A DNA stretch of 63,220 nt, the filler included, from Phoronis australis (Eukaryota; Animalia; Phoronida), in the NCBI GenBank assembly GCA_002633005.1. It is 13 parts of 13 records of this genome, joined end to end, with 100 filler letters (N's around TTAATTAATTAA, not from the genome) between each part and the next. Parts side by side here need not be neighbours in the genome. Positions count along the whole stretch, not along the records: positions 50,938 to 57,919 come from NMRA01000353.1; positions 58,020 to 63,220 come from NMRA01002395.1; 11 more parts are not named here. One strand, given 5' to 3'. The translations under genes were made by a program, and so were the position numbers. Under the pieces are notes generated by a model. The model worked only from the letters and a program-made list of their open reading frames with translations. It was not told where the DNA came from and did not search any database. The first letter of the stretch is position 1. Every line of letters starts with the position of its first letter. Below are positions 51,501 to 63,220 of the stretch, in pieces.

Positions 51501-53196
51501 GGCGAATTTGCCGTCACTCATATTTGCGAGAGAACATATTCGGCTGCGTAGTGTTGACTCCGCTCTATTGCTACAACATCGGTCATGGCTGCTTCACGGA
51601 AATGTTACTTAGCAAAAACCGTACAAGAGTTGAATCCCACAGTATCAAATCAACAAAAGCCTGATAAGGGTTTTCTCGGATTCCCCAGTCAAGGCCAAAG
51701 TACTACAGGTACAGTAAGTGAAACAAAAATGCAATGTGATTATCCTATGCAGATAACAGATGTTCTAACATTACGACAAATATAATCTGCGCATACAGTC
51801 ATTTTTCTCTTTTAAAATACAAACAGCGAAGTTTTCACACCAATAACAGTGAAGTTTCACCATTTCACTGCCATACCACTAGAGCATCAAAAGGTAGACT
51901 CAAGTCTAACCAACTCAATGTGTGTGTTCCAAAATCCTGGTGAGATATGTTCAAAATGTTTCTTTCAATTTTTGGGTGATTATCTTGTTAGAGCATCATA
52001 AATATTTTGACCCAAAATAGCTCATTTTTGGTTCAAAGAGGTTCAGTATGTAAAGTGGTCTTTAAAGCGGTTCAAAGACCTGAAAAAAATGTTCATGACA
52101 TTTATGTAGACATTGAACATCTCCATCAGAAGTCAGCCTATAATTAAAGGGGGCTTCCGTTAACCTTCAGAGCATCAAAGTTTCATAATTTTGCTTAATT
52201 TTGGTATATGTTTGGCCATTTTTGAGTTGCTCTGAAGGCCAACTTGATGGCGATTTCAGTTATTTTTCATAACTTAAACCGGGCTTCACTTATAATTATA
52301 AGTATGTTTTTGTGGTTTTCTGGTTATGAAACTGGTCAACGTCAATTCTTAAATGTTTAACTGCTGCTGCCCTCCTCGCAGAAGTTTCCATGACTAGATT
52401 CCTTTTAGTGAAATTTCATAAAATGTGGCCACAATGTTTCCATCCACCCCAAAATGGGTATAGGCACGTCTTCGAGTGATTCTAACCTGTGCTGAACCAC
52501 CAGACAGTTTTACCATTTTGGAGATTGCTCATCCGCCTAACCTGTGCCATCAGCTGTTAACTTATGCTGCATCCTGATAACGTCCACGTCATTACATATA
52601 TATAAACTCACATCTATCTGAGTCTTGTTATTTTTAAAGGATGTTAATCGCTTATTAATTCTATCCAAAACTGATTTTGTCACGTATTGTCCTACACCCA
52701 TCAGAGACAACAAGACTAACGAGGAGCATTGATATGCGCCCACTGTGTGCACCATATATAGCACTGACACAAGGAATGATTACTATTTTAAACATTCTCA
52801 ATAAATGGAGCAAAGCTAGTATTAAACTTGAAATGGCTTCTAGGGATGCATAGCAAGTCAGCAATGCTCTCCTCTATAAGAACACACTTGCCAAGCCAGT
52901 AAAAAATTGAAACTGGCACTGGGGGCCAAGTGGTAGTCAGATATGTTCAAATGTTGCCATCTCTTGTCACGTTCGTAGGAACACTTTGCCAAAGTTCATG
53001 AAGAACCAGCAGGTAGAAAGAGCAGTGAATGTGGAAAATGCAAACTGCCACTAGGCGGTGCCACAGTAGTCCAACTGGTAAAAAATCAACAACAATGGTC
53101 TTCCCACAAGGAATACATTTCCAAAATTCCGTAATGATTCTTAGAGTACTTTGGCCGATAGAAAGATGGACGCAATAAACAGACTAAAAGATAATA

Positions 53197-54902
53197 AACA
53201 TGAGCAACTCGGAGCGTTGACATGCGCCCACGAATGCACCCCAAACGGTGTGCATCAAGAGTTGTTCATTTTTTGTATCATAAAAATGGCCACTAGATGG
53301 CACAAAACGTCCGATCCATCTGAAAACGGAACATGCCATAGCTTATTTAAAAGAAAGCTATACCAAATTTCATAAAAATCAAGGAACTAATCACAGAAAC
53401 AAAGGAAAACGAAAAAAAAAATGAAATTGCTCCTAGAGGGCACAGCCTCCGCCTCAAAGTCCACTATTGTTAGCTTCATATAAATACAGTTACTAAATAT
53501 AATAAAGAACCTGCAGTAGGCTTAGGAGATATAGCTATGGCCTCAAAACAAAACAAAACAAAACAACCACTAGGAAGCGCCACAGTAATCGAAGTTGTCA
53601 GCATAACCATCCTCTTCACAGTGAGAACATATACGTCAATTTTCAAAATCATCCTTAGAATGGTTTGGTTGATAGACAGGTGAATGCCAAAAAGCAGACT
53701 CAAAAACAGTAAAAATGGCAACTAGGTGACACAAATTACCTTGAATCTATCTGAAAATGGGAGGAAAGCACCCCCTCAACAATACATGCCTGCTATATTC
53801 CAAATTTCATTAAACTCCGTTGAGGACCCTTGAATATACAGAGGAAAGCGTCAAAAACTAAAATTGCCACTATGGAGGACACTGGTGCTCAGATCCGCAC
53901 GAAAATCGTCATTGTCCGTGGTCAAAATCTTATACACTTGCTAAATGTAGTAATAATACCACAATAATTAGGAAATACAGCCATAGACGCAAAAAGAAAC
54001 AAAACTGCCACTAGGAGGCGCCAGAGTAGTCAAAGTCATCGGAAAATCATCGTCAGCAATCCTCTTTACAGTAAGAACATACACGCCAATTTTCACAATC
54101 GTCCCTATAACGCTTTGGTTGATAGAGTGGTGGACGCCAAAAAACATTCTAAAACACTAACATGGCTACTAGGTGGCGGACACTACGTCGAATCCATCCG
54201 AAAACGGGAGGATTGCATCATATCACCAAATTTTATGAAAAAATGTTGAGGACCTTTGAAGATACAGAGGTAAACGTAAAAAAATTACCACTAAGGGGCA
54301 CACTGGTAGTTTGATCCGTGCAAAAGTCGTCATCGTCCGATGTCGTAACATCAGGTAAGTACTCTCGCTAAATTTAGTAAAGACCCTGCAAACAGTTTAG
54401 GATACAGCCATAGGTGCAAAAAAACTGCCACTAGGAGGCGCCACAGTAGTCAAAGTTGTCAAGAAATCATCATCAGCCATCCTCTTCATAGTAAGAACAT
54501 ACATGGCAATTTTAACAATCATCTTTAGAGCGGTTTCGTTGATAGAGGGGTGAATGCCAAAAAACAGACTCGGAAACAGCAAAAATGGCTACTAGATGGC
54601 GCAAACTACGTCGAATCCATCCGAAAACGGGAGGATAGCGTCATCTCACTAATAGATGCATGTATGCCAAATTTTATGAAAATACGTTGAGCACCTTTGA
54701 AGGTAAGCGTAAAAAACTAAAATTGCCACTAGGGGGCACATTGGTAGTCGGAAAAGTTCTAAATTTGTTGCCATCTGCCGTCAGCTTCATCTGCCAAATT
54801 TCATCAAGTTCCTGTTAGCGTTTTAGGAGATACAGCTGCGTACGCCGTGGCAGACAGTGATGACGGCAATATGCGACCACATATAAATATGTGGGCACAT
54901 AA
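53197..54902 (-). mobile_element. near full-length HINE-like element with internal tandem sub-repeats (~300-430 bp)
   Basis: 5' end CCACATATAAATATGTGGGCACATAAAAA at ~54877-54905; 3' hairpin GAGCAACTCGGAGCGTTGACATGCGCCC at ~53202. CCACTAGGA(G/A)GCGCCA(C/G)AGTA blocks recur at ~53568, 54008 and 54428. Confidence 0.75.
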
Positions 54903-55298
54903 AAATGGCCAGTACGAGGCTTACACTAATGCCAAATCCATTTGATAACCAAAAGGTGTTCTCGCCTCATTAGTAAAAATCCATCAAGCAACAGAGAAAA
55001 ACACAGAAAAAAGTTGCCACAAGGGGCACACTAGGAGTCGGACCTGTATGAAATGTTTTCATCAACCGTTGTCACCTTCATACATGGGGCTAGTTCAAGA
55101 ATGAAATGAAGTGACTTTTCGGAGTTCGTAGCTCAACTTTTTTGGCAAAAATAATGCTTTTACAAAACTTTTTTTAGTTTCTAAATTTAAATTCTTCCTG
55201 TTCCATTTTGACTACAAATCGGCGTATTAATTGAGAAACAAGCGGATTACTCTCTTTTGAATTTGCCGAATTTTCGTATTTCTGCCTGGTCGTGCATA

Positions 55299-56610
55299 CC
55301 GTATTCGCCCTAATAAGAGCCCATGCCCCTATAAGCGCACCCCCCACGCGTTTTCATACTTTGATAAAATTAGCGCCCAGTCCATGAATGCAGTGTACAT
55401 GCAAAAATGCCTTACCTACAGTTCTAAAATTCTACAGTGACGTCTTCAATATATCAATAAGATGCGACAGTCCAGAAAAAATCATTGTGCGCGGAATTTG
55501 TAGACCTCGAGCCTCGCCACTATGTCGGTATTTAGCCGTGACTGTACCCTTGAAACTTCCGCCGTGTTTCAAAAAGAACGCAAGCGCGAATCGAAAACTA
55601 AAAAAACTTGACCTTTGTTCAGCTGAAAAGCACGTGACCAGGAAATGCACGCTACAAGTACCCGTCATCGAAGATTAATCTTCGGGAACTATCTACTCAT
55701 GAAACATGTAGCATAGCATCGGCAAGAAATAAATACTGGCACTTATTTCCGAAAGTTTCTAATACCTTAAAAAATGTTTGCGTTATTTTTAAGAGGAAAT
55801 TAATAAATTAGTTGTAAATGGTGTTTTTAGAGTCAAAATAACCCACTATAGTGAACACTTCCGCACCCTTACACCCAACAATCTCCCGGCGACTCAATGA
55901 CATCGGCCTTACCGAGACAATTCTCGAATGTTTTTAGCAGATGAGGTGAACAAATGCTAAATACAACACGTTCTGCTTTACTGCTTGTGTTCATTTCCTT
56001 AGCTACGAACAAATAGATCGTTACATCGCGTTTACTGTGGCAAATGAACTCTCATCGGATGTCACGCACGGGCTCGCTCGCTCACACAATACGCAGACGA
56101 AATTCAAAACAAACATCACGAGACAACAACATGTGCGTTCGTCCAGAGATTTTTCTCGTGTTGCGGAGTACAATCTAGCGCAGATTTGGACTTACGGTGC
56201 TGTTAATCCCGACTCCACAGGAGCTTAAAAATCTTAGAGGTGCTATTTTAAAAACTTAAGGAGGACTTCAGGTAATTTGTTGAACCTAAACTATATTTTT
56301 ACTCAAGAATTCAAGTTGACCAATCGGCGATCGCGAGGCAGCAACGCATCATTCGGCGAGTTTTCGCAGTGGAATTTTATGAAAAATGCTCGTAATTTAC
56401 CAATAAAGTTTTATAGCAATGCACTACAGTTTTGTTGAAACTCTGTCATAGGTTACTGACGAGACACAGGGTGTAACTTTGATGAACTCTATCTTACGAT
56501 TTCACCTGTTTCGGAGATGGGGTTTCAACCACTTTTGGTCTATAATAAGCGCCCCCTTTCCTGAAGCGAATTTTTCTAAGCGCCCTAGGCGCTTATCAGG
56601 GCGAATACGG
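55299..56610. mobile_element. Tc1/mariner-pogo-type non-autonomous element
   Basis: TA|CCGTATTCGCCCTAATAAG ... CTTATCAGGGCGAATACGG|TA: TIRs with TA TSD and subterminal TAAGCGC repeats; no transposase ORF. Confidence 0.85.
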
Positions 56611-57339
56611 TACTTGCGTACTAGAATCCTTATTTTTTGCGAATGGTGCACAGGCTTGTTATTCTTAGTAGAATTCAATGACCATATTGTTTTTGTCGGT
56701 GCCCTGTGTTTGTAAAGGTAACTTAATTTTTGGAGAATTGCAGAAGCAAAAAGTAGTACTATGAAAGAATTCCTAAGGTGCTCTGGAATTTAAAATTAAA
56801 GGAATACATGTCAAGTTTCTGTTCAGCTGGAGCATGCGCCCACCCAGCCTTCAATATGACGGGGCTCGTGGATCTTTTGGTAACAAAAACCCGGGCCGAA
56901 TAAAAGAAATTAAAAAAGACAGGGCACCACTGTGAATTGCGCATTTGTGCTTGTGTAGGACTTTTGCCTCCTTTTCTCGGACTTTTTGTTTTTCGGAGGC
57001 TTACCTTTTTGCCCACTTCGCCAAATGGAGGGCTCATTTGAGCCTCCCCTTCTGGGTGCGCGCATGTGGAGTCAACGTGTTATCTCCGCTCCGAAGTGAT
57101 GTCAGTGGCGGATCTAGGATATCACAAGGGTGGGCAACTTTTTTTTTCTGCAAGCATTTGCGTAAACCACGATTGTAGTTGTGCACAGCAGCGAATGGGC
57201 GGAGGTCGGGAGCGGGGTTTGCCCCCTCCCGCCCAGGAAATTTTTCTGTTTTTTCCTCTGAAGATCAAGCATTTTCCTTGATTCCTGAAGTATTATCCAA
57301 AAAAAGGAGATCGTGTCAAACAGGAAAAACTGCACACAC

Positions 57340-57400
57340 CACAGACTCGAACTCACGACCTGACGCATAGAGCACGCGTGCTTTACCTGACTACACCAGC
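57340..57400 (-). mobile_element. tRNA-derived SINE head
   Basis: Minus strand TGGTGTAGTCAGGTAAAGCACGCGTGCTCTATGCGTCAGGTCGTGAGTTCGAGTCT has A-box and B-box (GTTCGAGTC) at tRNA spacing; no convincing acceptor stem. Confidence 0.6.
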
Positions 57401-58611
57401 ACGATTTCACTGCTTAGCTCTCACTAAGAGACCTACTTGTTTTGGCGGTCCACAGCGTTTGCGCGCGAAACCTACCTCTTTTTGTAATACTTATTGCACG
57501 TTTTATATTTTGTGCTCTCGGTTCGTAACAATTTTTTTGTATTTAAAATAGTCTTCGAATGCCCCAAAGACCAAATCCGTTTTTCGTGTTGGCAATAATG
57601 ACGGGATTGCTTTGGAAATCGTCTTAAGTTAAGGTTTGACAAAGTGAGAATTATGAGTTTCTGAGTGATTCACTAAGGCTTTGATTAAAATTCACATCAT
57701 ACCAGCAGCTTCTGTTTTTTCATCGTCACTCAGGTTCCATTTTCTTTAAAAAAGAAGTAAATTTTCTTCATTGCTCAGTGGAGCAGACGACGGAAACGGA
57801 GTCGTAGTGCGCAGCGCTACTGCCGGTCGCCTGGGATATCGCGGGAGAGCCTCCACTTAGCCATAGTTCCGTTACGATTGCGCCGTGTTCCTAATTTGAC
57901 ACTTGAAATTGGATCTGAGNNNNNNNNNNNNNNNNNNNNNNNNNNNNNNNNNNNNNNNNNNNNTTAATTAATTAANNNNNNNNNNNNNNNNNNNNNNNNN
58001 NNNNNNNNNNNNNNNNNNNCCATGCGTTTATTCAAAATTCAACGCATATTCAACAAGGCCAGTTTTGCAGACCAGGTGCTCATTAACTGCAGACTGTTCT
58101 TACCAACTGTATAAATGGTATGTTGGATAAATTTTATATCATCATTTTGAATAGTGTTGATTTCACTTGCAACCATATCTAGACTGGTATGAGACTGGTT
58201 TATGGATGTTATATAGTACGTTTTCAAAACAACAATTACATCACTCACGATTTTCCTTGCTTGTAAAGCATCTATTCATTAATTTCCAAGTCAAACTTTC
58301 ATTTAGTTAACATTAAACCATAGACTATCCAGTAAAACAGTGAATTGCGGTCAGATTTTGTTCTTTCAGTTAGTCATGAATTACCGCCTCTGCCACTAAT
58401 TTGACACCCAATGCTTAATATTTAACAATGATGTTTTCAACTGGCCTTTACCCGGTGCTTATTTGAGACCCGGCACTTATTAAAGGACTGGCGGTAATAA
58501 GTGACACTGCAGTATCTTGTTCTTCCAATTTTGTGCTGAATTATTGAAACTCATGCACGCTAGTGGGACAGTCGGCACTAGTGAAATTGCATGTCTCGTA
58601 TCTCTCACTAG

Positions 58612-61600
58612 GGGTAAGGTCTATCAAGAGCAGCGTGAAACGACTGGAGAAACTAGACCCAGAGATGGTCCCCGCGATGGTGGCTTGTCGAAAGGACCTT
58701 CACAACAGAGGTGCCGTGGAACACCTGCGGCTGCTGCGTTCTGAGTGGACCACAGAGTTGGAGACGTTGGTCAACACAGTGGACCTGCTGTTGGATTCGA
58801 GGCATTTTATGGAAATTTCTGGTAATAGCTGTTCGTTTTTTTATCCCATTTGCTATGTTATTGTTGGAAGTGTATTGTGATATCTTTAGTCTTAACAACA
58901 TTGATGATTTTAATTTGGCATTGTGCAAAAGATGGTGAAATATGCTAATAGATAGTGGGCTACAATTTTATGACGTTTGTCATTATTTATCAGCCATTTT
59001 GGGATGACTTTAAATTTCAAAGGTTAATACGCTTGTTATTTAAAGACTCCTAAGGCAGTGGTCGTACTATGTTGTAGTGGAATGCATCATGTTTTTTCGA
59101 ATCACGCTGCTTTTACTTTTGCATAATGACTAGTCGTTAGAACATAATTCATTGCCAATCATGTTTTAGAAAAACTCTTGAAGGATAAGGTTGAAGTATG
59201 CAAAGAATCCTTATACATGACGGAGTCATCACTGTTGTCCGATGTATCACGAGCTGTCATTGGCTTATCCAAGAGGGTTCGAAAGGTAGCTAAGGAACAG
59301 CTGGAAAACAGCGACGACCCAGTATTCAGAAATGGGCTGCTCGTGTACGTCAGGCAGCTGGGAAAAGGTGAAAAAATCTTTCTTAACACTGAGGCCCTGG
59401 TCACATGTCGACATTTGTACGTACATCTGTTTTGCTATTGTGAAGGTTTTGGAGGTATTCTACTACCCAATAAACAAGCGGTTGATAAACGGACTGTTTT
59501 CTACCCGTGTGTAAACATACAGTTTATAAAGCTGCCACAGAAATGTGAATGAAACTTCTGTGAATGGGTTTTAGAGGTTTTTGTACAACCCAATAAGCAG
59601 TTGGTTGATACGGTAACGGTTTGTTTTAATCGCACGTAAATGTATGGCTTTATATAAGGTGCATGTATTTATTCTTTTATATATTGTCTGAAACAAGTTT
59701 TTTTCAGCAGTATCATTTTTAATGTTATTCAGTATTAAATTGAATCCGCATTAACATCTACCATTTTGTAACGGACACGTTAAGTTTAGTTTAACATGAC
59801 ATTTTGTAAATTTATTCTTTGGGTTTACTGATAGTGCTTCACACATGGGCATATGCTTTTAATTGTAGACATTGGCACAATTTCACATAAAAGCACATGG
59901 GCTTAAATACCTTGTATATTTGCCCAGGATAGAGATCATACGCTGGATTGAAATCTTGACTTCCTAGAATGATTTTGAAAATCATTGTATTTGTCAAGTA
60001 TTAGCTAACACAGTCGTGCAGATGACAGACTGGCTTTAGTATAAATTTTTACTTTTTGTCATCTAATCAACAGTCAATCTTTCCAGCCATCGATGGTGTC
60101 AGGTCTGCCTTCCACCAGGTATCACTAGCTGACAGTGATGCCAGTACGCATCACGTCCTGCACAGGCGCTGTGACGTTCTGTTGAAGTGTGTTGACAAAG
60201 TAGTGCTGGGGCTGGAGTCAGAGAATCACCCTGACCTTCTGGATCCAGCACGGAGGGGACTCCGACCTTTACAAGGCCTGAAGGGATTGGGTAAGTCAAA
60301 GTTCAAAATTCAACAATGACATCACTTCACTTTTTAGTAATACGGTAGATTACTGTGGTCACTCATTTGTACTGGGAAGCAGTATTTTGTCCAATTACAT
60401 TAATTTTGTCCTCTACTGTGTCTGTGTTTATGGACTAAATGTTTGTTTCCAGATCTCAGTGATGAAGAGAATGAAGACTTGCCAACTGTTGAGAGTGATG
60501 CTAGTCAAAACAAATTTCTCAGTTTCCATATCAAGGAGAGCAGTACAAAAGGTGGTTTTACAGACATCAGCCAAATGGAAGCCAAAAAAACACCAGACAA
60601 TTCAAATCTGTCTATCAATGGTAAATATCAAAATAGTTTTTTTTTTCAATAAAGCGTGACCTGTGTGACTAGAATGTTCTTGATTATGTGTTTAAAATTA
60701 TGAAATGTAGTGGAAATTGCATTCTTCTGTTTCAGAAAAGACATCTGTGTCAAATTCAATTATTGTTAGTGTTTTGGTATAAAAGTGCAGGTTATAACAT
60801 GTCTTGCTCGTCATATAATGCTAAAGATTTTATTAATTTTGAACTTTTTAAAGGATGTCGACTGTCACATACAGTAAATTGAACTGCTACGTTTTTAAGA
60901 AGTAATTAGGACAGCGGTACATTCATTTTATTTCAATTATTGATTACCATCTGCAGGTGACCTCTCCCCTTTGACCCGTGACCTTGTTCGTGCTGCAATA
61001 GCCATGGACCGAACCACTGTAAACTTGCTGTGCAATGATGTGATGTCTCGCGCCAACAATATAATGGACTTGGGCAACTTGCTAGTCATCTGTAGTCCAG
61101 ATCAAAGTGTGAGGGAGTATGTATTCAAGATTATTTTGTGAGCAGCTACCCCTTGTGGTCAAACTGTTGTCTCCTTGTATTGTACATGAAACCCTGGAAA
61201 CATACCTGTCCATTTGTGGTGGATTGTGGGTGCATATCAACGCTTTACCTAAGTTGTTGTTCAAGTTTCTCTAATAAGCTAGAACTCTCAAAATTTCATT
61301 GTTCTTGGGTCTAAGTGGAATTCGATGGAAACAACACCACAGTTTCAATTTTAATTTGATCTCCCAAATGGCACTGCATGTTTTGAGTTAGTATAATAGT
61401 AACTAAAATAACTAGATTTTTTTATTTCTATTAATGCAGGTTTTATTCATTATCAAAACTTTCTTACCTGTTGGATTGATTTTGCAGAGTCATCAGAGAT
61501 TCAACATCTGAAATAACTCGATTAACTCCCCTGTTAGTCACCAGAGTGAAAGAAGCAGCCAATAGCGTGATTGAAGCTATTGAACCTATGCACCAATTGG

Positions 61601-62617
61601 CTGACCAGTGGGCATCAGCGGTAACTAGACCAATAGATTAATGGTGAATTCTGTAAGAATTTAAAATTATGTCATTGTATTGCAAAGGTCACCTTCATAT
61701 TACAATTTTCTTTAAAAACTTTTAAAATTGACATCCCTGTTATTAAAGATTGAAGTCACACTTCATATTGAACATTAAGTTTGATATGATATCTTTTTTT
61801 TCGACTAGTGGGCGAGTCTATTGAAGTGTGAATGTAAATTTCCATCCTCCTGTTATAAATTTCTTGGCTGTCAATAATTTGTAATATGCTGACAGTGGCT
61901 TTTGTTTTGATATTTAGTTTCTGCTTGGAGCTGGTTGCACTGTGATTTAACCCATGGCTTACAGTTATGCCAAACATTGAGACAGTTCAAGTAAACTTAA
62001 AGTCATTGACGAAAAGTTATACTGTGGTGAATATCTTCCTTCACCTACCAGTTATGTCATTTTTGCAGCTGTAAAAAGGCAAAATATGAATGAGAAGTAC
62101 AATGAAGTTGAAAGCAAGCTTCACAAGATTCGAGTAAAGCCTAAAACTTCAAAAGAAATTGGGTGTTGATCAAAAAGTGTATAGTACAAGACAAACCAGT
62201 TGGTAATCAGACAAAGTGTGGTTTCCCTGTCACAATGGCTCATTCTGATAACAGCAAAAATTACTGGTAATAACTGTTACGGTGGCAAGATTTTAGTTAC
62301 ATAACGGCTTAGCCACCTGACTAACTTTCCAGTGCGTTTTCCTTCATCCTCGATCTTGAAGGAATACTACTGCTCCAACGTCATGACGGGGAATTGTGGG
62401 TCATTTTGTCTGAATACTTTTGACTTGTACTTTATATGTATGTGTTAGTGTGGAGAGGAGCCTGGAACATGTATTAACTAAGGCCATTTATATTGTTTTG
62501 TTTCAGATGTCAGTGGTACAGTTGAAGATTACAGAGACCACTCGACCTTGGAGTGACCTTGGAAGGAAAATGTGCGATGTTGTCAAAATTAAGAACTCCA
62601 GACTTCTGGCAGACGAG
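58612..62617 (+). CDS. vinculin/alpha-catenin family protein, 7 internal exons (58612-58821, 59170-59367, 60087-60290, 60453-60620, 60957-61116, 61488-61620, 62507-62617)
   Basis: Phase-consistent GT-AG exons. LEKLDPEMV...EHLRLLRSEWTTELETLVNTVDLLLDSRHFMEISE...VIGLSKRVRKVAKEQLENSDDPVF parallels the alpha-catenin/vinculin M-region helices (LExLxPQV...WExQVxxLxxAVDDI...FLxxSE...RVxxVxxxExxN). Confidence 0.8.
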
Positions 62618-63220
62618 GTACGTTTGTGTTGTTTTCGTTATTTGGGCATTGTTTTTTTTTTTTTTGTAGTGTTCAGGTAGGCATTTCATCAACAAATTTT
62701 TGCTCTAGGTTTAGGTTGAAGCAGTGGTTGCTGGTATTTTCAGAGGTACAGTTAAATTGATGATATTTGAAATGTATGGTTTTCAGAAAATTGCATGTTG
62801 ACGTCACGATTACAAGTTTAACTGTTTCAGTTGTATCTGATATGTACTTGTTGTGCAATTAGTAACCCTAGAACACTGTTAATGTTATGTGGGACTCAAA
62901 AGAAAAATTTCCAAATTTGGCCAATTTCGGAACACCATATCTTGGAGATGGCCGATTGGATTCATGTGAAACTTGGATGGTTCTTGCACTGTTCCCCAAA
63001 ACGCCCAGAGGAATTGTCTTTTAAATATTCCAATGTTACATGACAGGCTGTCAAAAAGTCTTTTATAATTTTTATGAGAAAGCTCAAAAGTTGTATAAAG
63101 TGAACATGAAATGACAATTTAGAAAATAGGAAATCAATATTTATATATTAAACAAAGTTTTGTTGTATTTTTGGTACCATCATTTTGCCATAACTCAGGG
63201 CTTGGAATTTTCCGCGGAAA

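Noticed and set aside
57340-57400. Functional tRNA gene
   Set aside because: A/B boxes are present but there is no complete acceptor stem or cloverleaf; treated as a SINE head.

Overview
This is eukaryotic animal DNA (AT-rich, GT-AG introns, repeats typical of marine invertebrates; species not determinable). It is not one locus: 13 separate contigs are joined by artificial 100-bp linkers (44N-TTAATTAATTAA-44N), so adjacency across linkers is meaningless. Recognisable host gene fragments are a CRTAP/prolyl-3-hydroxylase-family gene, IRE1 (ERN1), EIF2B4, a CHD6-9/kismet remodeller and a divergent vinculin/alpha-catenin-family gene. Many TE remnants are present (copia, non-LTR RT/RNase H, Kolobok-like, Tc1/pogo MITE, Helentron/HINE-like, tRNA-SINE heads, foldback MITEs). 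The best candidate for an undescribed system is contig 23847-36012. There an intact six-exon IS3EU-like DDE transposase gene (469 aa) lies tail-to-tail, 483 bp apart, with an intron-containing CbbX/SpoVK/EccA-family AAA+ ATPase gene, just downstream of a plausible transposon terminus. This suggests a two-gene eukaryotic transposase + AAA+ ATPase element. A second recurring pattern is tandem duplication spanning the 5' splice site in three unrelated genes. All gene models were read by eye; no database search was run.
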